From Callorhinchus milii (lineage: Eukaryota), in contig NW_024704743.1 of the NCBI RefSeq assembly GCF_018977255.1, forward strand, positions 60,080,001-60,144,000: a stretch of 64,000 bases of DNA. The letters are read 5' to 3'. Below the pieces are notes generated by a model. That model was not told the DNA's origin, ran no database searches, and saw nothing but the letters and a program-made list of their open reading frames with translations. Made by a program: the position numbers and the translations under genes. Within the stretch, counting starts at the first letter, position 1, and each line of letters starts with the position of its first letter. Positions 52,126 through 64,000 of this stretch are shown here, in pieces.

Positions 52126-52968
52126 GCAATATTTCATTTATTGGAACTATTATTATTGAAAATAATATAATTCTAAAACTTACACGCCAATTTGTAATTA
52201 CAAAGAAAAAATAATACTGGACACAAATGTTTCAAGAAGAGGAACAAGCCATTGACAAAACAGTGTGAAGAAAGTTGAAAAGTTGAAAAACAGAAAGTTG
52301 AAAAACATGAATTGCTTCAGAAACCTCAGTATAAATTCTCAAACAGATTTAATGCCCACTTCTAAGCTCTTATAAATCTGTCTCATCTCTATTCCTACTC
52401 CCTGTGGGTCTTTTAAAAACAATTATTTGGATGTTTCAATAACTCACCATCAACTGCAGGATCTAATTCTTACAGTACATAAATAGGATCTCTTCTACAA
52501 TGATTAATAATCAGAATGCATCTTCTGCAGGCAAGAGAACATCAGAGAGGGGCTGACAAATTGACTGAATGTGTGTATGGCAATAGCAAACCCATAAACA
52601 ATTTAAAGAGCAACTGTTTCAAAATAAACATATTCTGCCCACCCCCCTTAAAAATTCTAAATATTTTGTGCATTTTTGGTGAAGATTTTTATATGACAGT
52701 ACTAAATAAGATGACAGGTGTCAATATGGAAGTTAAAACTTGACTATATGTTTAAAAAAGTTAAAAATGACCAATTCAGGATACACCACAAACTATTTTC
52801 ATATAAAATCCTTTCAGTTCACAAGGTCCAAAATATGCTGAGTATTCTAATGCACTGTGATATATAATATGATGCGAGACTGAAATCCTTACAAGTTTAA
52901 TTATATTACAACCTTGTCCGCTGCAGTACAGCACAGCAAATAATTAAAAGTCTTCATTTTTTTCTTAC

Positions 52969-53073
52969 CTAACTTTGCCTTTGGTTGTTCTCAGGACAGT
53001 GGCAGCGAAGCTTTGGGTCACTCCCACCAGACTGATTCCGTCCACTTCCACAATCTGGTCATTCACTATTATC
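52969..53073 (-). CDS. PPP1R9A: Neurabin-1 exon, PDZ domain C-terminal half (105 nt, phase 2-2)
   Basis: cacaaag|GATAATAGTG...AAAGTTAG|gtaaga; encodes (R)[34 protein letters not shown](R). Confidence 0.95.
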
Positions 53074-53267
53074 CTTTGTGAAAGAAAGTTCAAAAACAAA
53101 GGTGGTTATTACAAATTACAATATATACTGAAAATAAATCTTATTTAACAATTACTTCTGTATTGTGTTTTTAGCACTACTTGCCATTAAACCACTTAAG
53201 TCACACAGCAACAATTACAACTTACACCTTACATGCAGGATAATGTCTTGAAATTCTTCACAGAGAT

Positions 53268-53705
53268 GGAACCATAAGACTATAAGACATAGAAGCAGGA
53301 GTGGGCCATTTGACCCCTCGAGCCTGCCCTGCCATTTAATCAAATCATGGCTGATCTTCTAACCTAATTCCATTTACCTGCCCCATCCCCATATCCCTTA
53401 ATCCCTTTATCCTTTAGATATCTATCAACCTCAGTCTTGAATATGTTCAAGGACTGAGCATCCACAGCCTTCTGGGGTAGAGAATTCCATAAATTCACTA
53501 CCCTCTGAGTGAAGAAATGTTTCAACTCAGTTCGAAAGGGCTGACCCTTAATCTTGAGACTATGACTCCTAGTTTTAGATTCTCCAACCAGGGGAAACAG
53601 TCTCACGGCATCTACTCTGTCAAGACCCTTAAGAATCTTATAGGTTTGTATAAGATCACCTCTAATTCTTCTATATTCTAGAGAATATAGGCCTAGTTTA
53701 CTCAT
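53268..53705 (-). mobile_element. CR1 LINE 3' fragment
   Basis: ORF LGLYSLEYRRIRGDLIQTYKILKGLDRVD...FFTQRVVNLWNSLP; tandem tail. Confidence 0.92.
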
Positions 53706-54374
53706 ACATGGAACATATATGGAACGTACACAATGGGGTACCTAAAGCTATTTTGTTGTTTTTTAAAAAGAATAATCTAATTACTAAGATCATTTGTCAA
53801 ATATTGCATTTTAAATCAAATGTGTTAAATTCATGTTAAATTAGAACATTTATTTTTCAAAATTTGCTTTTCTAACCGACAAATAATACTGTACTAAGTA
53901 TAATTTTGAAACAAATGTTTAGAAGATATTCTATTCAATATGTATGCCATAAGTTTTCAAAAGAGGAATATCTCCCTTATGGCAGATAGTGATAAAATGC
54001 AACCATTTCTATAAATTAGTTATGAAAAGTTGACAGATGACAAGTGACACCTGTTATATTGGCACCGAGAAATAAATGCTGAAGCCTGCTTACACAGACA
54101 ACTCTCCTAGCACATTTGTCCATTCCTCTGTTCACAAAATGAGTACAGTGACATTTGCTCCTTGAATGCCATTTGGTTATTCCTGTTTATATTTAAAACA
54201 TAATCATTAGCTAAGTCCCTAGTTATAGAAAACAAGAAGATACTCTATTGTAAAATGAACTTCACAGCCTGTGAGTTACAAAGTTCCAACTCAGTTTCGA
54301 TCAGAAGTTAAAAAATATTTCAATACCTATGAATAAAGGTTTTACAGTTAATAGGAAGCTGAATGGAAACAATT

Positions 54375-55430
54375 GTTGCCCCCAGTGACCAGTCTGCCCC
54401 TCCAAGTCTCATTGATGAGCCACACTGGGTTGTTTGTCATCATTAGTGCCTTGGAGACTCCGCCACTTCCTCACCCCTCAGGCTGCTGAACCCCTCACCC
54501 ATGCATTCATCACCTCAAGGCTTGATTATGGGAACTCCCTCCTCATCGTCCTTCCTAACTCTTCCCTTCACAAGCTGCAGATCATCCAAAACTCTGCTGC
54601 TCGTACTCTCATGCACCAGGCTCCGTGACCCCATCACTCCCACCCTCGCCTGACTCCATTGGCTCCCCATCCCCCAAAGGATCGAGTTCAAGATCCTCGT
54701 CCTCACCTTTAAGGCCATCCATGGCCTTGCTCCCTCTTATCTTTCTGATCTGCTGACTCCCTACGAGCCTGCCCGCTCCCTCCGTTCATCGGGATCCAAC
54801 CTGCTCCATGTCTCCCGCCCGACCCGCCCTTCCATCGGTGGCTGGACTTTCAGCCTCTCTGCCCCCACACTCTGGAACTCCATCCAACGGTCCCTTCGGA
54901 TCGCTTCCTCCCTTGCCTCCTTCAAGGTCGGTCTCAAGACCTTTCTCTTCGACCGTGCCTTTGGTCTCCCTCCCACCTCTCTGCCTTCCCTCACCCCAAC
55001 ACCACCCCCCTCTCCCCCATGCTCGGGTCCCAACACCTGACTGTTCAGCGCTTTTGGATGTCGTCCCGACGTGAAAGTTGCTCTTTTGTTATTGTTGATG
55101 GAGTACTGCAGACTGTCCTGTCAGTACCTACCACAGAAGATTGACTTGATTCTGACATGTCTCTTTGGAACCAGCTCAGCCTCACTTACCGTCTTTCCCA
55201 CATTCCCCTTCCTATACAGTAGTCACAAATTCGACAGCTGAAAACCACAATGAGCTATCACTCGGTACCAGGAACTGCACAATTTGCGAGCTTCTTGGTG
55301 AGCTTGAAATGCCTGAGATTGCTGCATCATCACCCTGGCCACAGCTCAGTCATACACCCATTGGCTAATGGTTAAACCAGTTGGAAGATTGGAACTTCAG
55401 TGGGTTTATCAAGAGGCTCAAAGTGAGGTT
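54375..55430 (-). repeat. Family X 5'/middle portion split by an L2 insertion
   Basis: 54375-54455 and 55099-55430 are collinear with 62900-63440 and 26380-26580. Confidence 0.7.
54456..55098 (+). mobile_element. L2 3' fragment
   Basis: SRLDYGNSLL motif, L2 tail, candidate TSD TGGAG. Confidence 0.92.
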
Positions 55431-55599
55431 AGCAATGTCTAATACTGCAAAAAGTGGAACATTTATTTATAAATAACTTGTTCTAACATAGCTGCCCAGG
55501 TCCAAAATCTCAGAGGCCATACTATAACAGAGAGAGAAGAAAAATGGTTGTTAGGTCGCCACTGATGTCTCTTCTGATGTGTTGTGCATATGCACACTA

Positions 55600-55967
55600 T
55601 AATAATAGTAATAATAATCCTTGCATTTGATATAGCGCTTTTCACGTCTTCTAGACGTCTCAATGCACTTTAGCGAATATACTGTAAAGTGAATTGACTG
55701 TATATTTGTGGGCGAAACACGGCAGCCAATTGCCCACAGCAGTGTCCCACAAACAATCAAGAATTGAGTAACCAAATCGTTACTTTTTTTTAAGGGAATC
55801 CTATCCCCGGAAAAGCGATCCGTCAATCAACTAACAATCAGATTCCTACTCCTAGGAAAACAGAGGCGTGTGGATTAAGGAAACCTGCCCAACATTCCCT
55901 GCCAGGAATAGAATCCACGTCTCTTGCTTGCGAGGCAAGTGGTCTAACCACTGAGCTACAGGACTCC
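55600..55967 (-). mobile_element. Full-length tRNA-derived SINE
   Basis: Same family as 8541..8890; candidate TSD ACTAT. Confidence 0.9.
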
Positions 55968-56454
55968 ACTATGCCTAAGAAACGCCACCTTTGCAAAGCG
56001 ATGTCAGCAGTGTTTCCTGCAAACAGCGTGCATCTGTAGCACACAGGATGTAACATTAACGAGACTTCCTGTAAACAGTGTTGATAAGCAAAAAGTGACA
56101 GTAGTAGCAACCTGACAACCCAGCAGTCAGATTTGTTTTGCTCGTAGGAAGCTGGTTAATTTGCGCCAAAAGCCAGGTGTGCCAAGCTTTCAGTATAACT
56201 TGGATCCACTGTAGATCTGTGTTCTAACCAAACATGCACTCAATCCAGATGCATGTTCATGCATGTTCTAAGAATTTGCCAATTGGTGGTAGAATTTGTT
56301 CTTCATATTGGTATCTTCTGTTGACAGTGGAAGTATAGGACAAATATGAATAAAATGTTACAAGTTATGAAACATTTATTTAATTGGATACTGCAATACA
56401 ATTTGTTCAAATTGTTACTATCTTCCTACCTTTCTACCATTAAACAGTACTTGA

Positions 56455-56710
56455 AAATTAAGGTAATAAAGAGAGTAGGAGGAATGTTTTTTTGCACAAA
56501 TTGTTAGAATTTGGAATGCCATTCCCAGTGTAGGTCGATTCAGGATCCCTATTAGCTTTCAAGAGGGAACCTGATAGATATCTGAAAAAGGATACATACA
56601 GGCGTATCGGGAAAGAACAGGTCCGTTGGAAATGAATGGGTTGCTCTTTAGAAGAGCCAGCAGAGACGCAATGGTCTTTTGTGCTGTAAATTTCTACGGT
56701 TCTAATCTCC
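56455..56710 (+). mobile_element. CR1 3' fragment
   Basis: GTTAGAATTTGGAATG...TTCAAGAGGGAACCTGATAGATAT...TTTGTGCTGTAAATTTCTA. Confidence 0.7.
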
Positions 56711-57154
56711 AAGGCTGATTTAACAAAGAATATTTTGATACTCAGAGTTTAACAATCTGCAGTTATCAAGTGGTACTATCATGCTGCTGTTATACAGCCA
56801 GTAAAATTATACGCAATCTATAAACTAGGAAAGGTACCATTAAGCTTCAGTGTTCTAATAATTCATTGTCGCTTCAGCAAAGGAAAAATGTGCATTAATG
56901 ATCATAAATGATCATCTTTGCCTATATAACATTCCCTTTCATTTCTAATCAATTACATTTTATACAGCTCTTCGAGATGTTGAGGTGAAATATAAACGTA
57001 AATAGAAGTTATTACTACTTTGGTTACACGATTGCTACTGGTTTAGTGGTTCACTTTACAATAAGTTCAGTTGCAAGCAGCTAGGATTTTTTTTCTTATT
57101 AAACATATCATTATTTGTAGCTGTTTTTCGCACGTCAAATGCCAAGTGCGAGGA

Positions 57155-58953
57155 GGTCATGGACTTCTTTTCAACTAAAATACTTAACATCCGTCAGGCA
57201 GCCTCATCCACCTGCCCCTTGTCACCCACCACCTCGCCCTCTCTGCCCTCCTCACCTTCCTTATCATCTGCTCCTACCACCACCCCCTTTCTACATTCCT
57301 TCCTCCCCAGCTCTCCCTCCTCTCTCTCACCCACCATCACCTCCATGAAACCCACCACCTGCTGCCTCGACCCCTCCCCACCAACTTACTGATCACAGAG
57401 CTCCCCCTCCTCTGCCCACTACTGGCTGACATCATCAACCAGTCCCTCTCCTCTGGATCAGTCCCTGCCCCCCTCAAAACTGTTGTCATCACCACTCTCC
57501 TGAAAAAACCCTCCCTGGATCCCTCAAACCCCAGCCATTACCGCCCTATTTCTAACCCGCCCTTCCTCTCAAATGTTCTAGAACGCGTTGTTGCAAACCA
57601 ACTCCGCGCACACCTCCTCCCACTCCCTCTTCGAACCCCTCCAGTCCGGTTTCCGCCCACAGTACAGAGACTGCGCTTGTGAAAGTCACAAATAATATCC
57701 TCTCTATCTGTGACCAGGGCTCCCTCTGCCTCCTTGTCCTCCTGGACCTCTCCGCCACGTTCGACACAGTCAATCACGCCATCCTCCTCCACCGCCTTTC
57801 CTCCATCATCCACCTCAGTGGGACCGCACTCGCCTGGTTCGAGTCCTACCTCACAAACTGCCAGCAGTACATTTGCACAAACGGCTTCTCCTCCCATTCT
57901 CACCCGGTCACCTGCAGGTACCCCAAGGATCCATCCTTGGCCCTCTCCTCTTTCTGATCTATATGCTCCCTCTTGGGGATGTCATCCGCAGACATGGGGT
58001 ACATTTCCACATATATGCAGATGACACCCAACTCTACTTTTCCACCTCTCTGTGACCCCCAGTCCCATGATATTCTGTCAGTCTGCCTGTCAGAACTCAG
58101 GGGCTGGATGAGCGCAAACTTCCTTCAGCTGATCGTTGACAAGACGGAAGCCATACTCTTCGGCTCTCGTCAACGTCTAATATCTCGCGGTTCTCACCTC
58201 CTCCACCTGCCCGACCTCCCCCTAAAACTCTCCGAACCCGTACACAACGTAGGCGTCAGGTTCGACCCCCAATTATCCTTCCTCCCCCACAATCCGATCC
58301 CTCACCAGCACCGTTTTCTTCCACCTCCGACGAATTGCCCGTCTCCACCAATACCTCTTCCCAAAAGCCGCTGAAACCCTGGTCCATGCCTTTGTCACCT
58401 GGACTATTCAAACGCCCTCCTCGCCGGCCTCCCATCCACTACCATCCATAAAATCCAACTCATTCAGAACTCTGCCGCCCGCATTCTCACCCGCACGAAA
58501 CTCCGCTCCCCGATCACTCCAGTCCTTGCCAGACTGCACTGGCTGCCTGTCCCAGAGAGGATCGACTTCAAGATCCTCACCCTCATATTCAAGTCCCTGC
58601 ACTCCTCTGTACCCCCCTACCTCTCAGACCTCCTCTCTCCTCAGCACAGTACCCATTGCCTTCGTTCCTCCGGCTCTGGCCTCCTCCTCGTCCCCCGAGT
58701 CCTCCGCTCCACCCTCGGCGGCCGTGCCTTCAGCTATTATGCCCCGAGGCTCTGGAACTGCCTTCCTCACTCCCTTCGTCTCGCTCCCTCCCTTCCCATT
58801 TTCAGGTCTCTGCTGAAGACCTTTCTTTTCAACCGCGCCTTTGGTCACCTTCCTCCCCCTCCCCCTGGCTCAGTCCCGGGATCCGTTACTGTAAAGCGCT
58901 CTGAGATGCCGTCCGGCATGGAGAGTGCTATATAAATCCAAGTTGTTGTTGTT
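57155..58953 (+). mobile_element. L2-clade LINE, 5'-truncated, frameshifted
   Basis: [13 protein letters not shown] and YADDTQLY motifs; tail GTAAAGCGCTCTGAG...TATATAAAT..(TTG)n. Confidence 0.92.
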
Positions 58954-59056
58954 AAGGGCTTCAGTCAATCCTTCAGCAATGTACTGCACAGATCTTTCAA
59001 CCCACAAAGAAACGTTCCCTTAATCCAATGTTCACAAGGTCACAAGAGAGTTTGGG

Positions 59057-59675
59057 ATAATAATAATAATAATCCTTGCATTTGATATAGCGCTTTTCAC
59101 GTCGGGAGGACGTCCCAAAGCGCTTCACAGAACACACTGTGAATTGAATTAAAGTGAATTGACTGTATATTTGTGGGCGAACGCGGCAGCCAATTGCGCA
59201 CAGCAATGTCCCACAAACAGTCGTAGATTGAAAATGACCAATTTATTATTGTTTTTGGTTTTGGAGGGATTATTATTAGGCGTGTGGAGTAAGGAAACTT
59301 GCCCAAGGTTTCGCCCTCTGCCTGGAATTGAACTCAGGTCTCTCGCTTGCAAAGCGAGTGCTCTAACCACTGAGCTACAGGGATGAAGAAGGCCCTTGGG
59401 GCCATTTGATTCCACTCTTCCAGAATACCCACCCTACATCCTCGCATCATAGCAACAAGCTTTGTTTTAAGCAAGTCCAATGTCCTGGCTTCAACCATAA
59501 ACAGTCGTGGATTGAAGTGAGGAATTTATTGTTAATTTTTTTTTGAAGGAATTATTACCCCCGGAAAAGGATCCACCAATCAACTAACAACCGGGTTCTT
59601 ACTTATTGCTAGGTAAATAGAGGCGTGTGGAGTAAGGAAACTTGCCCAACATTTCATTTTGCCCTGCTGGGGATC
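59057..59675 (-). mobile_element. tRNA-derived SINE (59057-59381) plus a second partial copy (59495-59675)
   Basis: Head and tail motifs; the tail carries the L2-type GGGACGTCCTCCCGACGTGAAA. Confidence 0.85.
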
Positions 59676-59824
59676 AGACCCTACATATATATATTACAGT
59701 ATATCCGGTGAAACTCAGACTTCATTCTGACAGCGCTATACCAAATGTGAACAGCACTATATCAAATGCAAGGATAAACATTATTCACAAAATACTACCT
59801 TTTCTAAGTCTGGTCATAGGACTG

Positions 59825-60275
59825 ACATTAATGGTAGCTTGGTTCAGTTGGCAGACTTCTGTGACAGAAAGTTGTGTGTTATAGCAGAATCTGGGCTGAT
59901 ACTTCAGTCCAGTGCTGTACTATCAGAGGTACTGTCCTTTAGACAAGATAGTAAACTATGTGTCAGTTGAATGTTAAAGATCCCACAACATTAATCAAAG
60001 GGAATTTCTCCCAATTCCTTGCAACCTTCATCAACTGTTTTTTCACCTCACAGCTATTTGTCGAGCCTTAATTTGTGCAAAAAGCCAGACAGGTTCCTTG
60101 GACATTGGTATAATTTCCGGGATACGAGTGACCTGTACAGGATGCACATGCTGTAAATTCTTTTAAAATGGCTGCTATGTTTACCTATCAAAAGTAGTCA
60201 TATCATTTTGCAATAATTACTTAGAGCACTTTGAGACTCAATATAGAATGCACTATAATAATGCAAGTTCTTTCT
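59825..60275 (+). mobile_element. Old DeuSINE-like copy
   Basis: GCTTGGTTCAGTTGG head, TCAGAGGTACTGTCCTTT, TTAAAGATCCCA, AAATGGCTGC, GCACTTTGAGAC. Confidence 0.65.
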
Positions 60276-61649
60276 TTTTTATTAAACCAAAGGAATCACA
60301 ATAACTTGTATTTATCAGACTAGATAACTCTGAATTCGGAATTAGAGACGTGACTGGTCATCACAATAATGTAATAACTAATGCAGAAGGTTAATTTTAG
60401 AATTTTAATCGTGCCACCTGCATGAAGATTCTCCCTGCACTGCTACAACTGTCAATGTAATCTGAATCTAAAATTTAATGTCTTTTTAATTTTTATGTGC
60501 CAGTTTGATGTTAAACTCCCTCGAATTACCCTTTCCCAAACAAGAACAAAATATCTCTGATTCTGCTCATTATTGTCATTAGATCAAATATGAACTGTAA
60601 GACCCACAGGCACATGACCATGTCTGGAATTAGCAAAGTTATATATACCATATATAGTCCTTGAGGATCATCCTTATGTCTATACATATATACTATGAGA
60701 TTGATCTAATTATCGCACAGTAACTACTTTACCACATAAATGACATGTGCCTCCACAGAACCTTATTTTTCACAATGTCTATACAGTTTATCACGTTGAA
60801 TTCCAAAATCATCATTTAAAGCGTACTATCCAGTATTCTATTGTTAAAATCTAGAACAACTAATATTCATTGAGTGCCCTGTATAGGATGCACATGCTGT
60901 AAATCTCTATTGTTTTAAAATGGCTGCTACGTTTGCCTACCAAAAGTAGACAAACATTCTGTATTAATTTGAATTTCTAAATTTTAGTCAAACATTTTTG
61001 TTCAAATGTCATGATTTACTGGCAATTCTGCTTTACAAAGTCTGTTTGTGAACAGTATATAGTGATCACTGAACCACAGTCAACATTTTAAACAAAAGTC
61101 TGTTGAAAGGTTGTCCAAGTCAGCAATTGAAATGAATGAATATTAAACATCCATATGTCATAAAAATATGTCTGACAGTTGATGCAAAAGCATATTGCAC
61201 AAGGATAGAACATATTGCTTTTTATATCAGACTAATAAAAACACTAATTTTCACTGGCTAGGGAACTGGAATAAGAGAAAAATCAGATGAAAAATGTTCA
61301 ACTCGCTTCTAGCAGCAGGCAAATCAGCATATTGGCAGAGGTCTCAGAGCAAGAAAGCTATTCCTCTCTGAGACTGGAAGATGAATTATGCATTTTTTTA
61401 AAAAATCACAGGACCATCAATTTAAATATGCTGCGAAAAGTACATATTTGTGCATTAACTAAAGTAAGGATTTGAAATATAGCCTCAAAATAAAACCACT
61501 GAATTTTAGCACAAACAAAAATTAAGATATTCCTCTCTATAACCTTCTCTGTAACACTACTATGTGTCGGTTTACAGAGAAACATTATGTTAATAACCAC
61601 AGGAGGCAAGGCATTGTACTGCTGATAACACAGCTTGAAAACTGCGCAG

Positions 61650-61820
61650 AATAAGACCATAAGACCATAAGAAGTAGGAGCAGGAGTAGGCCATTTGGCC
61701 CCTCGAGCCAGCCCCGCTGTTTAATAAAATCATGGCTGATGATCTTCTACCCTAATTCCATTTACCCTGCCCATCCCCACATCCTTTAATCCCTCTATCC
61801 TTTAGAAATCTATCAACTAT
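61650..61820 (-). mobile_element. CR1 3' end
   Basis: Closely similar to 53270-53430; tandem CTTATGGT tail. Confidence 0.85.
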
Positions 61821-62879
61821 TATCTATTAATTCTATGTCACGATCAAACATCTAATTCCTATTGAGGGATACACAGAATTGATTCGCCAAAACACCAACG
61901 GACATTGCTTGTGGGGCTGTTCGTTTTGGATACGATTTCTCAAATCATGATCATTAAGTAATGAGTCTTATGGGAAAGTGCATATACATGTACAAGTTGC
62001 AATTAGTGCATCAGTTCTAGTTTTTGAACACAGCATCGCAAATTGGACAGCATTGTCTAAGCTCAGACATGAATAATATGCACTTGAGCAAAATACTAGT
62101 GGATGATCTTCAACTAAAGAACATACTCAAGAGAAAACGATTGGCGGGGGAGGGAAGGAACAAGAATAAAGGCATGGGAGGAAAGAAGGCTGGAAGGAAG
62201 TTGAAGAAGTTTTATGGATATAAGACTACCCTACTTTTTTTAGTTATGGAAAAAATTGTAATTCAAAACCTTATCAATCACAGCAGCACAATTTAACAAA
62301 TCATGTAAATTTAAAATCTTTCAGCCTTTAAACTTATACCCATTCCTGTCACTTAAAAACATATTCGATTTTCTAAACTAGGCTAATTATTAAATCGCCC
62401 ACATATCAGTTCTATGAAGAAAACCAGCGATGACAACTGACCTTAATCAAATCAGACAGCAGTATCTGCAAGTTCCCTCATTTTTATTTCTATCCTTCAC
62501 ACTGTGAACTCACTCCCTGCAGCTATCATCCTCCACTTTCTATCTCTGAGGTTATCATAACTATCCTTCCTCAAGCTACATCAGCTTCCATTTATTGTAA
62601 CGCTACACTTCCCAAAGCCACTCCCAACTAAAAATACCTTAACAATTGGCACCAGAAATGTCAAAAAACTGCAGTCATGGATGAAGTTCAGGAACTCTAC
62701 ATTTGGTTTTAGTACTTCTTTTTATTTGATTGAAATGGAATGGGAAATTTTAATCTCTATTCCATAGAATTAAAAAAATATATTTTATAGCATAAAAAGC
62801 TATCTCTGACTATTTGTGCCGATATCAAGAGAATTAGGATGACAGCGGTTGAAGGTGTAACCTGGAGTCTGGGATTGTG

Positions 62880-63440
62880 AACATACACGATATATCCAGG
62901 GCTTATAATCCACCTTGATTGTTACTAGAGGGGTAAGTAGCTGCTAGTCAAGGTCTCCACTTCCTACTGGGTGAACCACTGATCAATGCATAGAGCTGGA
63001 TGTTTGAGCTGTGGATAGGCGGATGCTGACATTGCTTATACATTTCATGCCCAGCTGTATTACTCACCAATGCAACTCGCAGGCAGTTCCTAATACCTGT
63101 CATCGATCTAGTAAGGGCTCAAACCTGTTGTTGACTAACTAGTGACTCCTATGTGCAGGGTGTGTAGGGGGAGAGGTAAGCATGGCCTCCTTGGGGTTGA
63201 GCTGGCACCAAGCAGATATACTTTGTAACAGAATTTGAAATCAAGTTATCCTCAGCGAAAGTTTCAGTTGTCCAGTTTCCAAACCGGAATGGTTTTCAGT
63301 CCTCCAAGGCACTGCTGATCACAGAACTGGCCTACTGGCAGGATTTGGAGGGAACAATTGGTCACTAAGGGTAGGGATTCTTCCCATGTGGTTCCTGTTA
63401 ATTCTACAAGCAAAAGCCCTAATGGGTAAGGCATTCTTAT
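62880..63440 (+). repeat. Family X 5'/middle portion, cut by an L2 insertion
   Basis: Collinear with 55099-55430 (-) and 32750-33080 (-). Confidence 0.7.
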
Positions 63441-64000
63441 ATCCCCAGTTCGATCCCCAGTTATCCTTCCTCCCCCACATCCGGTCCCTGACCAGCACCG
63501 CTTTCTTCCACCTCCACACATTGCCCGTCTCCGACAATACCTTACCCCAAAAGCCGCCAAAATCCTTGTCCATGCCATTGTCACCTCTCAGCTGGACTCC
63601 TCTTACGCCCTCCTCGCCAGTCTCCCTTCCTCCACTATTCACAAAAATCAGCTCATTCAAAACTCTACCACCCGCATTCTCACCCGCACCAAACTTCATA
63701 CCCCGATTATTCCAGTCCTTGCCAAACTCCACTGGCTCCCTTTCACAGAGCGGATTGACTTCAAGATCCTCACTCTAGTGTTTAAATCCCTCCATTCCTT
63801 GGCAGCTCCCTATCTCTTTAATCTCCTCTCACCCCACAGTTGTACCGGCTGCCTCCACTTTGCTGGGTCCGGCCTCCTCTGCGTGCCCGAATCCTCCGCT
63901 CCACCATCAGGAGCCGTGCCTTCAGCCACTACGCCCCAAAACTTTGGAACTCCCTCCCTCAACACCTTTGTCTCACTCCCTCCTTCCCCATCTTCAGGTC
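63441..64000 (+). mobile_element. L2 3' fragment (runs off window)
   Basis: FDPQLSFLPHIRSLT; similar to 58260-58810. Confidence 0.9.

Larger units (their letters stand above)
1..53073 (-). other. PPP1R9A: Partial neurabin-1 gene span (exons from PDZ second half to Ser/Pro-rich C-terminal region); continues beyond both window ends
   Basis: Spliced translation ...[80 protein letters not shown]...[28 protein letters not shown]...NGTQMNNNNNIF...EAVPETERLDSK matches recalled neurabin-1 rather than spinophilin; all exon phases are compatible. Confidence 0.95.

Noticed and set aside
53074..64000. Upstream PDZ exon (GLGISIIGMGVG...)
   Set aside because: Not found; presumably beyond the window end

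Overview
This is eukaryotic (vertebrate) genomic DNA, not prokaryotic. The L2/CR1/DeuSINE repeat landscape suggests a cartilaginous fish, possibly a chimaera; that assignment is inference. The window covers the central-to-3' part of PPP1R9A (neurabin-1) on the minus strand. Eleven coding exons with GT-AG boundaries and consistent phases were read manually. They encode the second half of the PDZ domain, an Asn-rich 66-nt cassette exon, the acidic linker, the coiled-coil region and the Ser/Pro-rich long-isoform exons; the gene runs off both ends of the window. Introns hold decayed L2 and CR1 LINE fragments, a mosaic tRNA-headed SINE sharing the L2 tail, older DeuSINEs, solo LTRs and small DNA-transposon remnants. 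They also hold about 9 copies of an unclassified, non-coding, A-tailed repeat of at least ~1 kb with conserved hairpins, which is the most novel-looking item. Several candidate alternative-splicing features are also noted. No intact autonomous element, CRISPR array or bona fide RNA gene was found.
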